DNA of 64,000 nucleotides. It comes from a virus. The notes under the pieces were generated by a model that saw nothing but the letters and a program-made list of their open reading frames with translations, was not told the origin of the DNA and ran no database searches. The translations under genes were made by a program, and so were the position numbers. Where the stretch lies: positions 1-64,000 of IMG/VR virus record IMGVR_UViG_3300025949_000001; one strand, 5' to 3'. Shown here piece after piece: positions 40,635 to 51,348 of this stretch (within the stretch, counting starts at the first letter, position 1; the number at the start of each line of letters is the position of its first letter).

Positions 40635-42545
40635 TGGCCGCGAAGCAGCGCAAGCCGGACCCGTTGCAGCCCGGCGACGAGCAGATCGCCCGCGAAGAAG
40701 TCGAGGCGTACTTCCGGCACCAAGCCGAACTGGCTGCCGAAGAACTCGCGCAAGCACAGGCGCGGTTCGATCGCCTGCAGGCCAAGGCCGACGCGGCGAT
40801 CTCCGCGTTCCGCGCCGGCGAACGCATCGAGCAGGTCGACGCGTGGTCGATCGAGTTGCACGCGGGCGGCCACACCGAGATCGGGATGGCCATCCTCAAC
40901 GGCCGATCCACCGACCACGCGGCGTACGGCGCGGCGAAGGCACGCAATGAGGCCACGGCACGGTGGCTGCGGTCGCAGGGCTATGAGCCGATCGAGGACA
41001 GGAGACGCTGATGGCCGTCAAGACGACGCTCACGCTCAACGAGGACGAGCTCTGGCTGCTCTACCGACTCGTGGTCGACGAGGTGTCGGGCGGTCCGTGC
41101 CTGCTCGAGCAGCCGCATATCGAGCACGAGACGGCGGCCGGCACTGCGCTGGCCAAGTTGTCCGACGCGGTGCTCGCGATCCAGGAGAGGAACGCTGGCG
41201 ATGGCCGATCTTGACGTCCTGGCCGGGGAACTCGCCGAGTCCCTGATCGAGTGGCGCGCCCGCAGTGCCACTCGGCGGGAGGCGCAGAACGAGGTCGGCG
41301 ACGTGGCGGACCTGACCGACGACGAGCGGGAAGCGCTAGTTGACATGGTGCTCGACAAGATCGAGCGCGCCGACATCGAAATCACGATCAAATAAGGAGT
41401 ACGGCATGGGCTGGGCAAGCGCAGGCGAGATCTTCGACCCGGCGGCGAAGGCGCTGGTGGAGCTGAACGCGCCGGACGAGATGAAGATCCGTGTCCTCGG
41501 CGACCTGATCGGCGCACTCCAGGACGGAGACTGGGACACCGAGGACGAGTCTCTCGACGAATTCCAGAACGACCCGGCGATCGTCGAGGCGTTCCGGCGG
41601 CACGACGTGTACATCAGGTGCGACGACGAGCATGCGACCGACGACCGTGGCGATGCCACCTGGTGTACGGGTGAGCGTGGCCACGATGGTTTGCACGCAG
41701 ACGATGACGGGCGGGAGTGGTCGTGACCGACCTAACCGAGGCCCGCGCCCTGGCCGCTGCGGCGCGTGCGGACACCTCCGACGGGCTGGAGGCGCGCGAG
41801 AAGCTGCCGGACGTGGTTGACCAGCTACTCGACCTGATCGGCGAGCCGTGGACCGAGTGGGCTGCGCTGACCGACAAGGCCGCCGGGCATCCGGTGACGA
41901 AGCCGTGCGACGACGAGCAGGACGCCCGCGAGTTCGTCGCACTCATGCCGCCGGGCGCGTGGGTCGTGGTGCGCCGCACCCGCTACAGTCACGCCGAGCC
42001 GTGGGTCGAGGTCCCGACGGGCGCAGAGGCCGGCGATGTCTGAGACGACACACGGCACCGCGCGCGCCGAGCAGCGCATCCGCGCCCTGCTGGCCGCACT
42101 GCCGCCGGGCACGCGCAACCTCGGCGGCGAGTTGGTCCACAGCGCCGCGTTCCGTTCCGAAGAATGGCCGCGCGGAGTCTACGCGCTGGAACGCACCGAC
42201 ATGGAGGCCGTGCTCGCGCTGCTCGACGAAACGCGTACGGCACTCGCCCGAGCACGCTCGCTGTGTCTGGCGCATCCCGCCGACGCCGTGGACCCCGAGC
42301 GGCACACGCCCGAGCGGGTGCGTGCGTACTTGCAGCGGCTCGGCTGGGTGCGGGAGGGCGGTGGGCGAGTGGCCGAGCTGTGGCATCCCGTCGGTGCGCC
42401 CGAGCAGCGGGTGACCGTGCCGCTGATTCCGACGGCGCCGGATTACGCGAAGGTGTTGGGCTTCCTAGTCTCGGATCTCGCTGATCTGTACGGGCCAGGC
42501 CAGCTTGTGGTGCTCGCGGCCATCGAGGCGGCGTGCGATGCCTGA
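40634..42545 (+). other. Small hypothetical genes (starts 40634, 41011, 41201, 41406, 41723, 42036)
   Basis: Coupled junctions. Confidence 0.6.
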
Positions 42546-42963
42546 GTACGAGACCTACTGCTGTCGCCACCCCGAGTCCGAGTGCGCGAAGGCGGGCGGC
42601 TGTTCGGGCTCGTGCAACTGCGGCGCGGGCGGGGACGAGTGCCGCCCGGTGACGCTGCTGTCGGGCGAGACGATCCCGGTCCTCGGCGCACGCGAGCTGT
42701 CGCCGGCCGGTGTCGCAGCTATGGGCGAACTGGTCGAGGCCGTGCGGCGCAAGGCCGCTGCGGAGAACCCGCCGGACCCGGACGCCGCGGCGCTGTGGGC
42801 CAGGATCGACACAGCGCGCCATGCTGCCGGACTGTCGCTACGGGAGGTGTCCGGGCTGTGCGGGGTGAAGTTCTCCGTCCTGTTCCGCACCGCGCAGGGG
42901 CGGATGCCGGGCGCGGACGACCTGGCGGCGATCGAAGCGTGGCTAGCCGCGAACGGCGGCTGA
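42538..42963 (+). CDS. Protein with Cys-rich N-terminus and XRE-like HTH
   Basis: GLSLREVSGLCGVKFSVLFR..QGRMP. Confidence 0.7.
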   Translation: MPEYETYCCRHPESECAKAGGCSGSCNCGAGGDECRPVTLLSGETIPVLGARELSPAGVAAMGELVEAVRRKAAAENPPDPDAAALWARIDTARHAAGLSLREVSGLCGVKFSVLFRTAQGRMPGADDLAAIEAWLAANGG

Positions 42964-42967
42964 GACG

Positions 42968-43006
42968 CTGCCGCCCCGGCGAGACGGGGGTCGGCCGGGG
43001 CGGCAG
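42968..43006. terminator. 13-bp stem hairpin ending the rightward operon
   Basis: CTGCCGCCCCGGC/GCCGGGGCGGCAG, no U-tail. Confidence 0.6.
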
Positions 43007-43131
43007 GCCCGAATGTTCCGGGCATCGGGCGCGCCGATCGCGGGGGGCGTGGCTGGCGCGCAGTTTCGAGACTAGCGCGCCGATACGACGCGGCGGGTGC
43101 GTTTGTCGCAGGGCCGTGGTTCCATCAGCGC

Positions 43132-43347
43132 ATGGCGATCGCCGAGGACTGGCCGTGGCTGCTGCTTGACGCACTGGACGCTACGGCGCAGCAGAGCGCG
43201 CAGTTGCACCTTGACCTGTGCCCGTTCTGGCAGGGCGATCCGTGCTCGTGCGGGGTGCCCGCGACGATCGTCGCGGTGCGCGACCGGGTGTTCGCGCAGG
43301 CGGGTGACCGGATCGCGGAAAGGGTCAGCCAGACGCCGGCGGCGTGA
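43132..43347 (+). CDS. Small hypothetical protein, probably leaderless
   Basis: H...CP....PCSCG; preceded by TGTCGC-N10-TTCCAT. Confidence 0.5.
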   Translation: MAIAEDWPWLLLDALDATAQQSAQLHLDLCPFWQGDPCSCGVPATIVAVRDRVFAQAGDRIAERVSQTPAA

Positions 43348-43650
43348 ACTCCACGGGCGGCGGACTGTGCCTCGGGCAGTCGCGGCAGGGCATGTGGATG
43401 GAGATCAGCGCCGGGTCGTGCCCGGTGCGTCGCGCCGCCAGCGCCCGCAGATGCTCGCCCAGTTCCCGGTCGGTGAGTGCGGGCGGCCACGGGAACACGG
43501 ACGGGCCGCCGGGCAGTGTCAGCTCGAACAGCCGCCATCCGGCCAGTTGCGGGTGCTCGCAGTAGGCGCCGCGAAGGCGCAGCAGGCGGAAGAAGTCGTC
43601 CGGGTGCATCGGGATGCGCGCCGAGGCGTGTTGCGTCCGGGCCCGTGCAG

Positions 43651-44238
43651 TCACCGGCGGCGGTCGCGAATCTGGTAGACCCGCTCGCGGGAGAGCCCCG
43701 TGTGTCCGCTGACCACAGAGACGGGGACCCCCTCGGCGATAGCGGCGCGGATCGCGTCGTCGCGTCGCGCCGTCTGACGGTCGTGGAGGGCCACGTCGGC
43801 CTGCGCTGCCACGAGCTCGTTCACCTCCGGCGCTCGCTGGCTGGTGTCAAGGGGAACGACGTGGGCGGTGAGCGTGTCGACGATGCCCTGGATCTCTCGG
43901 ACGGCCCGCTCGACGTCGGGACCGGTGGCTCGGTCGGGCCGGGCACGGACGTCCTCGGTGTGGATGGTCTCAGCGATCGGCGCGGCGGCCGTGATGATCT
44001 CATTGAGCTGTTCGACGGTCGGCTGGCCCGGGATCGGCCAGTAGCGCGTGTTGGGGTCCTGCTCCTTCGGCCTGTCTGTTGCGCGCGGGAGGCTGTAGCC
44101 GACGCGGAGGGTGTCGTGGTAGCCGTCGAGGATCAGCATGACGGCCATGGGGACAATGCCGTGGGTGCGGTTGCGTTCGTAAATGTCGGCTTCGCGATCC
44201 GCGTTGTCGTTGTCGAGGTACTCGATGTGGAGTGCCAT
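43651..44238 (-). CDS. Protein with C-terminal HTH
   Basis: RDDAIRAAIAEGVP...HTGLSRERVYQI. Confidence 0.75.
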   Translation of the reverse strand: MALHIEYLDNDNADREADIYERNRTHGIVPMAVMLILDGYHDTLRVGYSLPRATDRPKEQDPNTRYWPIPGQPTVEQLNEIITAAAPIAETIHTEDVRARPDRATGPDVERAVREIQGIVDTLTAHVVPLDTSQRAPEVNELVAAQADVALHDRQTARRDDAIRAAIAEGVPVSVVSGHTGLSRERVYQIRDRRR

Positions 44239-44264
44239 GGCCTTCCCCCATCCGCCGCCACACC

Positions 44265-44322
44265 GTGTAGCGCGCTACACATATACTCCCGCTACGGGAT
44301 AAGGCTGTCAAGCGTGCTACAC
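44265..44322 (-). promoter_or_regulatory. Operator/promoter of the HTH gene
   Basis: Perfect palindrome GTGTAGCGCGCTACAC (44265-44280), partial copy AGCGTGCTACAC (44311), TTGACA on the minus strand (44311-44306). Confidence 0.65.
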
Positions 44323-44344
44323 ATCCGCCCATGACTGGAACAGC

Positions 44345-44381
44345 AAAACGCCCCGGTCGCAACACACTCGGCCGGGGCGTT
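44345..44381 (-). terminator. Intrinsic terminator of the leftward arm
   Basis: AACGCCCCGG hairpin with TTTT on the minus strand. Confidence 0.6.
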
Positions 44382-44390
44382 CGCTCGGGC

Positions 44391-44499
44391 CCGACCACCA
44401 TCCGTGGCGCGCGGCCAAGCCCTCATCGCGGGCGGGGCGGGCGCGCCGGCTCTCGGTTGCCGAAACCGGCCGGTACGTGCCGCCACGGGCGGTGACCGG
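44391..44499 (-). ncRNA. Candidate structured RNA
   Basis: 19-bp closing stem with G-U pairs favouring the minus strand; inner hairpins. Confidence 0.35.
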
Positions 44500-44577
44500 T
44501 CTACCCCTCGCTGATGCCTGCCCCTAGTGGGAGTCCTGCGTGCAGGCTACCGCGCTGCACGGATGGCGGCGTCGAGA

Positions 44578-47500
44578 TCAGCCATAGCGTTCCTCCATCT
44601 CGCCGACGATCGCGTGCATCGCGTCCAGGCCCGCGTTGATCTCCGCGTCCAACTCTTCGAGCGTGCGCGTACTCGGCGACAGGGACCGCCGGTACTCGTC
44701 CCGCCGCTGCGCGCTGGTGGCCAGGTGCTGCTCGCACAGGTCGAGCAGTTCCCGGACCTGGCTGGGGTGGACGTCGGCGGTCTTCCACCCGCACCGGCAT
44801 TGGCCGCGCTTTCGGCTGTGGTCGGTGGCGTGCATGGCGATCGTGGCATCGCAGTACCAGGTCCAGTCCGGGCCGGTGGCGAGGACGCGGATCGGGGGCG
44901 GAGCGTCAGGCATGGCGCCAGTGTCGCATTGCCTATTTCAACTCGACATTCCCGCGCCAGGGTTCGAGCGCCGCGGTCCGCAACTCCTCGGGAAGCGTCT
45001 CGGCGGCCAGGCCGATCGCGGCGCCGAGCTCGTTGGGTTCGTACATGCCGTACCAGGCGATGCCGGGCCGGTCCACGACCGGCATGACGCGCGCCCGGCC
45101 CTCGGGGATACGGCACCAGCCGAACCGGCCGCGTCCGGTGGTGCGCCCGTCCTGCTGCCACGCCCCGAGCCAGGCGAGCAGCGCCGTCCACTCGCCGTCG
45201 GGCGTGCGCGCCCACGCGAGCGCGACCGTGTCGGTGTGGCCGCCGCGTCGGCGCGGGTCGGGGTGATTGAGATTGTTCACGCGCAGCCGCTGGGCGCCTC
45301 GTACCGCGATCAGGTGTGGCGGCGGGGGCGGGAGTTCGGACAGCGGCGGATCGTCCACCCACCTGCCTCCGATGTCGGCCACTTATCGAGCCTACGCAGT
45401 GCGCGCCTCCACCGCCGCCGCACCAGCCATCCGGGCGTACGGGACGGCTTGAGCCCGCGAACGGGGCGCAGGAACGGCGGCCAGTGGCTCGGCGCGCACC
45501 CGAACTCTGGCGCGCTCACCAGGGCCGATCTCGATGTCGGTCCAGCCACTCCCAGACAGCCCACCAGGCGAGCCACAACACGGTCAGCGCGCCGATGACG
45601 ATGCCGCACCACTCGTACGCGGTCAGGATCGCGCGGGCCTGGCGGCGGGTGCAGTTGTGCATCAACTCGCACGTCGGCGGAAGGATCACGGCGCTGATGG
45701 TCACGGCAGGCCGCCGATGGCGTCCGGGCGCCCGGCGACCGGCAGGCTGATCCACCGCCCGCCGTCGCCGAGCCGCCAGATGGCGCTGACCCGCCCGTCA
45801 TGCTCGCGTATGTGGACTTCGCCGGTCGGCAGCGCGTCGTCGACGAGGAGCGGGATGCCGAGCAGCGAGCCGAGCGGGTTGCGCAGCGGTGACGGCCCGC
45901 CTTTTGGGGCGCCCGCGATCAGTGCGTCCAGGGTCGCGCCGTCGCTCACGGCGATCTCGCGCGGTAGCGGGGGGCACGTCGGCGAGCGGGCCCTCGAGTT
46001 GGGCGAGCAGGCCCGCGTACATCGGCGGCTCAGTCATGTGTGGCGTCCTCAGCCCGTTCGCGCCCGTCGAGCGAACGGTGCACGATCAGCCAGCCCATCG
46101 AGCCGTCCTCGCGTTTTTCCGGGCGCACCTCGGGGCCGCACACGCAGTCGGGTTCGCCGGTGGAGGTGTCGTGCTCGACCAGGTCGCCGACGGGCCGCAC
46201 GTGCAGGATGTCGGTCATCGGGCCGCGCTTCGCAGCCGGGCCCGCGCGTTCTCCATGGCCCTCGCCAGCACTGCGGCGGCTTCCCGCTCATCGCCGGGCA
46301 CGCGCACCGCAGCGTAGAACCGGCCGCCGCCCACGTCGGTGACGCGCTGCCATTCGACTGTCGGCTGGTGGTCGAGCAGTTCCTCGATCAGTTCGTCGCA
46401 GAACGCCGCAGCGCGGCCGGGGGCGATGTTGTAGTCGGCGTAGGCGAGGTTGAACTGGTGGGTCGGCACGTCAGCCGCCTTCCGGGTGCGCGTACTCGCA
46501 GTCGGGGTTCTGGCAGGCGTGCTGTCCGATCGAGGGCGCGTAGATCATGGGTAGGCCGTCGGCTGGGCAGGCGCAGGACTCGTCGCAGCGGTGGGTGCGG
46601 CGCTCGGCTTCCGGGACAGTCGTGAGCGCCAGGTCGAGCGGGCCGTAGATCCTCTCCCATGTGCGCGCCGAGACCATCGACGGCGGCCAGGGCGTCTGCC
46701 GGTCCGCGGTCATGGCGCACCTCGCAGCCGCATCTTGATCCGGGTCCATCGCGGGATGTGCCCGAGGCACCAGTACCGACTGCGGTTCGGCCAGCCGGTC
46801 TCGAACGCCAGGAAGCCGGGGTTCATCCGGCCGCAGCGCGAGCACGGGTACGTCTTCACGTCCCTCCCCTGGCGGCGTCTCGTTCGGCCCGGTGCGCGGC
46901 CCAATCTTCGGGCCACTTCGCGAACTGCTGCGGCTCGATCGGCGCGCGCAGTTGGCGTATCGCTTCGCCGACTGGCACCGGGCGGTATGTGCCGTCCGAC
47001 TGGCGGGCGCCCTCCAGGAACCACGCGGCGGCCCCGGCGCGGGCTTCGTGGGCTCGGCGTTCGCCGTCGATCAGGCGCCGTTCCTCTTCGAGCGTGGCGT
47101 CCAGGTGCTGGTTCTCGGCGCGCAACCGGTCGCGTTCGGCAAGCAGTTCGTCCGCTTCGACCTCGGCGCACCGGTGACAGTGGGCCGCACCGCCGTCTTC
47201 GCAGCGTTCGCCGTCGCAGGGCTCGCTCGCCCCGATGGAGCACAGACGCCTGCACGGCCCCGCCGATCTGCACCGCGGCGTCGCGCCAAAGCCGGTCTAG
47301 CGCCCGCTGCGGCACCAGGCGCAGCCACCACGGCAGCGTGATGTAGTCCGCGGCGATCAGGTCCGCGCCCGCTGACTCGGTGGCCAGGTCCCGGATCTCG
47401 TACGGCAGTCGCAACGGCCCCTGGTCGGCGATCGAGTCGTGTTCGGCGCGTCGGCATGCCCGACGGTGCGCGCAGTACTCGCTGCGGGTGCCGTCGGCGT

Positions 47501-47806
47501 GCAGGATCGCGGAGCGGGTGTTGTGGGCGACACGCCTGCCGCAGTGCGTGCAGCGGGGGCGCTTGCCGACGAACTCGGCGGCCGGGTCGCGTGCGGTGCG
47601 GGTCTCGGGGGTCACTCCACGCCCCATCGGGCCAGCGCGTCCATCGCGGTGAGATCGGGGACGACCTGGTTGCCGTACGGGCCCGTGGTGGCGTTGGCCA
47701 TCACCCGGATCGCGCACCACATCACTAGGCGCTTGGGCAGTTTCCAGACGAGCCGGAGCATCCACTTCTCGGCTTTTCGCTTGGCCCAGTACTTGAGTTC
47801 GGTCAT
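44578..47806 (-). other. Leftward string of small hypothetical genes (e.g. 44578-44913, 44933-45382, 45701-45949, 46030-46218, 46215-46469, 47612-47806)
   Basis: Coupled minus-strand ORFs; some boundaries uncertain. Confidence 0.55.
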
Positions 47807-47885
47807 GTCGCTCTCCGGTGGGGCCGTCAAGGTGTGGTGCTGGTGGCGTGCCAATTCTCGCAGGCCGCGCCCACAACGCGGGCGG

Positions 47886-49184
47886 TCACGCCGCCATCTC
47901 CCGTTCGCCGACGGCCGTGCGCGCCATGGCCTTGAGGCAGTCGATCACCGCGAGGCAATCCCCGAGCGCCCGGTGGCCACCGTTCAGCGGCTGCCACCTG
48001 TTGTTGCCCCAGTAGTCGGACCATTCCCCCACCCAATCCGAATAGGGGATCATGACGTCCTCGGCGCGCAACTCCGCAGCGAGCCACGCGTCCGGGCCGA
48101 CATCGATCAGCCACAGTTCGTGGCGCACGCGGCCGACGTCGTAGCCCTCGTTGTAGATCAGTACGCGCCTTCCGTGCACGGCCGCCGTCAACCTCGGCAG
48201 TATCTGCGCGAACGTGGGCGCGTCGGCCACCATCTCGTCGGTGATCCCGTGGATCGCGGTGGCTTCGGCCGGGATCGGCTCGCCGGGGTTGATCAGGGTG
48301 TCGAGCAACACCTGCCCGGCGCCGGTGACGACGGCGATGTCCACGATCCGCGCCTCATCGTGCAGGCCGGTGGTCTCGGTGTCGAGGATCACCGTGTTCG
48401 GGTCGGCGAGCGCCGCGGCGGCCCAGGCGGCGAGTTCTTGGACCTCGCGGCGGCGTGCTTCCCGCGCGGCGCGCTCGGCCGCCTGTGCGGCGGCGCGTTC
48501 CTGCGCCCAGCGCGCTTCGCGTTCGGCGCTGAGCCGGGCCTGCTCGGCGCCGTGTGCGGCCTGGCAGGGCTCGCAGCGGCGTTGCCAGCGGGCGATGGCT
48601 GAGCGGGTCTCCAGCGCCCAGGCGAGCACTTCCCGCTTGGTCGCGGTGCGTTTGCCGCAGCCGCCCGCGCACCGGATCGCCGCCCGCAGCAACTCTTCCT
48701 TCTTCCGATTGCGTTCGGCGACGCAGAACCGGCACAGCCGTTGCGTGTTCCACGCGCCCACCAGGATCTGCGGGTACGGCTTCGAGCCGACGCGCCGGCA
48801 GCCGCCGCAGGTGCGCGCCCAGCGCGCCGCGGTCTTGGCCCGGTCGGCGGCGGCGCACTTGCCGCACTGGCGCCCGTGGATGACGTACTCGCGGACCTTG
48901 CCGCAGCGCGGGCAGGTGCGCCGCGCCCTCCACGCCCACTCGTCGCCGACCGAGCGAACGATCGGGGCGGCGTCGGCGGGTTCGTACAGGGCGCGCCGCT
49001 CGTCCGGGTGGTAGTAGGGGATCACGTAGCAGACGGGCCGTTGGCCGGGTGCGGGTTGCAGGCGTATCGCGGCCAGTCGGGTGACGGTGCGCAGATGCGC
49101 CGGGGCGGTGCCGTGCTTGTACAGCGGCAGGCCCAAGTAGGTGCCGATCGGTGCGGAGGCGGGTGCGGTCTGAATGCCAGTCAC
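47886..49184 (-). CDS. Multi-Zn-finger protein fused to a DEDDh exonuclease
   Basis: Several CxxC pairs; ILDTETTGL, IHGITD, YNEGYD, HRALGDC. Confidence 0.88.
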   Translation of the reverse strand: MTGIQTAPASAPIGTYLGLPLYKHGTAPAHLRTVTRLAAIRLQPAPGQRPVCYVIPYYHPDERRALYEPADAAPIVRSVGDEWAWRARRTCPRCGKVREYVIHGRQCGKCAAADRAKTAARWARTCGGCRRVGSKPYPQILVGAWNTQRLCRFCVAERNRKKEELLRAAIRCAGGCGKRTATKREVLAWALETRSAIARWQRRCEPCQAAHGAEQARLSAEREARWAQERAAAQAAERAAREARRREVQELAAWAAAALADPNTVILDTETTGLHDEARIVDIAVVTGAGQVLLDTLINPGEPIPAEATAIHGITDEMVADAPTFAQILPRLTAAVHGRRVLIYNEGYDVGRVRHELWLIDVGPDAWLAAELRAEDVMIPYSDWVGEWSDYWGNNRWQPLNGGHRALGDCLAVIDCLKAMARTAVGEREMAA

Positions 49185-49190
49185 ACGGCT

Positions 49191-49212
49191 ATCGTCGCAG
49201 GTGGCACCGACA
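49191..49212 (-). promoter_or_regulatory. RecA-NDp/PafBC-like promoter
   Basis: TGTCGG-N10-GACGAT-N6-GTG. Confidence 0.6.
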
Positions 49213-49285
49213 AGCACGCCCGTCTACGGCGCTTTCCCGCGGGTCGAGGGCAAATCCGCTGCGAGCGTCGGCTTGGTGCGGATCT

Positions 49286-49852
49286 CTAGCCGCGCCGTCG
49301 GCCGTCGGCATGGTCGAGCGCGGCGCGTCCCGCGTCGGTCAGCACGGCCGGCGTGTACCTCGGTCCGGGTACGCCCGGCTCGGCCAATCCCTCCCCCTCG
49401 ATGACGTTCATGGCGCTGTACATCGGCCGGAATCCGGACGGGCGCGACGGGTCCGCGATCCACCAGTTGGAATAGCGCCGGTTGGGCTTGGAGACCTTTC
49501 CCTCGGCGATGGCGCGCAGGATGGTGAGCTGGTATCTGGTCAGTTTCACCGGCACGGCGATCTCCTCGGGCTCGCTCGCGGGACGCGGGATGGTCAATCC
49601 TCCCGCAGGGCACTGACACTCACAGCGGCCGTCCGGCGCTTAGCCGCAGCGCTAGACGCGATCTACGGCGCTCCCCACGGCGCCCGGGGATGATGAGGGC
49701 GCTGTGGGCGCTGGCTTGGTGCGGAATTCCAGGCGTCCGACGCAGTTGATGTTCTGGAAGTCGCCGTCCGCGACGTCGATCCAGTGTCCGCTGTCCGGGT
49801 GGCCGTCCACGACGATGCGCCACTGGTGGCCGGGCGCGGGGTTGTCGGTCAC
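49286..49852 (-). other. Two small hypothetical genes (49286 to about 49555; 49652-49852)
   Basis: RBS or coupling; the first has a wHTH-like LTDAGRAAL end. Confidence 0.5.
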
Positions 49853-50703
49853 GCGTCGGCACCCCTCTGCGCAGCGGGCTCGGCCGCCAGGTCATCAAGC
49901 GCCAGCAGCTCCCACGAGTCCGTCTTACGGTAGGACGACGACCCGGCCGCGGCGGGATCGGCGTCCAGTCCAACCACGGTAGTCCACGAATCCCCCGCCG
50001 AACGGATCTGGTCGCGGTACGGGTAGTGCAGGTGGCCGTGCACCAGCAGCCGGGGGCGCAGCGCGGTCACGGCGCGCTGGATGCGGTCCTGGTTCGGCCA
50101 ACACTCGGGCAGGTCCTTGCGGTTCCAGCGCGGGTCGGAGGCGCGCGGCTTGTCGTGGGTGAGCATCACGTCCACCGGGCCCGGGTCGGCCAGGGCGGCG
50201 GCGAGCTGCTCGTCGGTCAACTCCTCCTCGGGGAACCACAGCGTCCCGGCGGCGTCTGCGGGGGTGCGGCTGTACCGCGCCGCAGCGCGCTCGAGCTTGA
50301 GCGTCTTCTCCCGCTCTGCGCGCACCCGCCAGGGCTTGTCCACGCTGTACGCGCCGCCGAGGGCGATGAACCGCACGCCGCCCCAAGTCCAGCGGTGCCC
50401 GCGCGGGGCGTATCGGACGTGCTCGGAGATGACGACGAAGCCTTCGTCGTCGGTGGCGGTGTGGTCGATCAGGCTGGAGCGGTCGTGGTTGCCGTCCAGC
50501 CACCAGATGGTGCGCCCGGCTTTCGCGGCGAACTTCTCGACGTCGCGCAGGAACGCCCGGCCGTCGGCGGTGTGCGGCCAGTAGCCGAAATCCCCGAGTT
50601 GGAACAGGTAGGTCGCGTCGTGGCGGTTGGCGGTGTCGAGCAGGTGGCGCAGGTGCGCGAGGTTGCCGTGGGTGTCGCCGACCAGCAGGACGCTCCCGCT
50701 CAC
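49849..50703 (-). CDS. Calcineurin-like metallophosphoesterase
   Basis: GDTHGN, LGDFG, DGNHD, LTHD, HGHLH. Confidence 0.92.
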   Translation of the reverse strand: MSGSVLLVGDTHGNLAHLRHLLDTANRHDATYLFQLGDFGYWPHTADGRAFLRDVEKFAAKAGRTIWWLDGNHDRSSLIDHTATDDEGFVVISEHVRYAPRGHRWTWGGVRFIALGGAYSVDKPWRVRAEREKTLKLERAAARYSRTPADAAGTLWFPEEELTDEQLAAALADPGPVDVMLTHDKPRASDPRWNRKDLPECWPNQDRIQRAVTALRPRLLVHGHLHYPYRDQIRSAGDSWTTVVGLDADPAAAGSSSYRKTDSWELLALDDLAAEPAAQRGADA

Positions 50704-51104
50704 GCCGGCCCTCCCGGTTGCGCGGCGTGCATGTGGTCGATCGCGACGTCGGCGTGCCGCCACACCCGCACGAGGCGCCCGCCGGGCCGGCCGTGCCCGT
50801 CGGTGCCGTCGGCCATCAGGGCGGTGCGTTCGGCGCGCAGCGCGATCTCGTAGCCGCACGCGGCGGTGCCCTGCGCGCCGCTGCCGACCAGCGCCGCGCA
50901 GGTGCCGTGGTCGCCGTGTTTCGGCGCGGGGCCTTCCTCGGCGTCGTTCTCGTAGCCCCTCGCGAGCTGGTCGATCCTGGCCCGGATCTCGGCCGGGTCG
51001 TCGCGTGTCGCGGGTTGCAGGCGGCGTTCGTTCGCGCCGGCCACGAGCGCGGCCACCTGCGCCGGGTCCAGGCGCTGCGGGTTGTAGTTGTCGGCGTCGT
51101 TCAC
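50700..51104 (-). CDS. Hypothetical protein
   Basis: Coupled at both ends. Confidence 0.55.
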   Translation of the reverse strand: MNDADNYNPQRLDPAQVAALVAGANERRLQPATRDDPAEIRARIDQLARGYENDAEEGPAPKHGDHGTCAALVGSGAQGTAACGYEIALRAERTALMADGTDGHGRPGGRLVRVWRHADVAIDHMHAAQPGGPA

Positions 51105-51292
51105 GACTGGGTCCTCCGCGGATGCGAGCGCGTCAGGGTCGCGAGATGGGCCTCGACGGCGTCGATGACGACGGAGGACATGCTGCGCCCCGCATAGCGG
51201 CAGTGGGCTTCGAGTGCGGCCCACACGTCGGCGGGCCTGCCCGGTGGCACGGAGATGTTCTTGCGTTGCGTCGCTGGCACGTTTTCCGGCAC
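51101..51292 (-). CDS. Small RHH-like DNA-binding protein
   Basis: RKNISVP...VWAALEAHCR..GRSMSSVVIDAVE. Confidence 0.6.
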   Translation of the reverse strand: MPENVPATQRKNISVPPGRPADVWAALEAHCRYAGRSMSSVVIDAVEAHLATLTRSHPRRTQS

Positions 51293-51348
51293 GCCGTGAG
51301 TATCCCCGAAGGCGCCCACATTCTTTGTGTACCGCCCGGCCGGTCCGG

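Noticed and set aside
33190-42963. Integron-like cassette array driven by the tyrosine recombinase
   Set aside because: Most gene junctions are overlapping or only a few nt and share no common attC-like repeat; only two local boundary repeats were found
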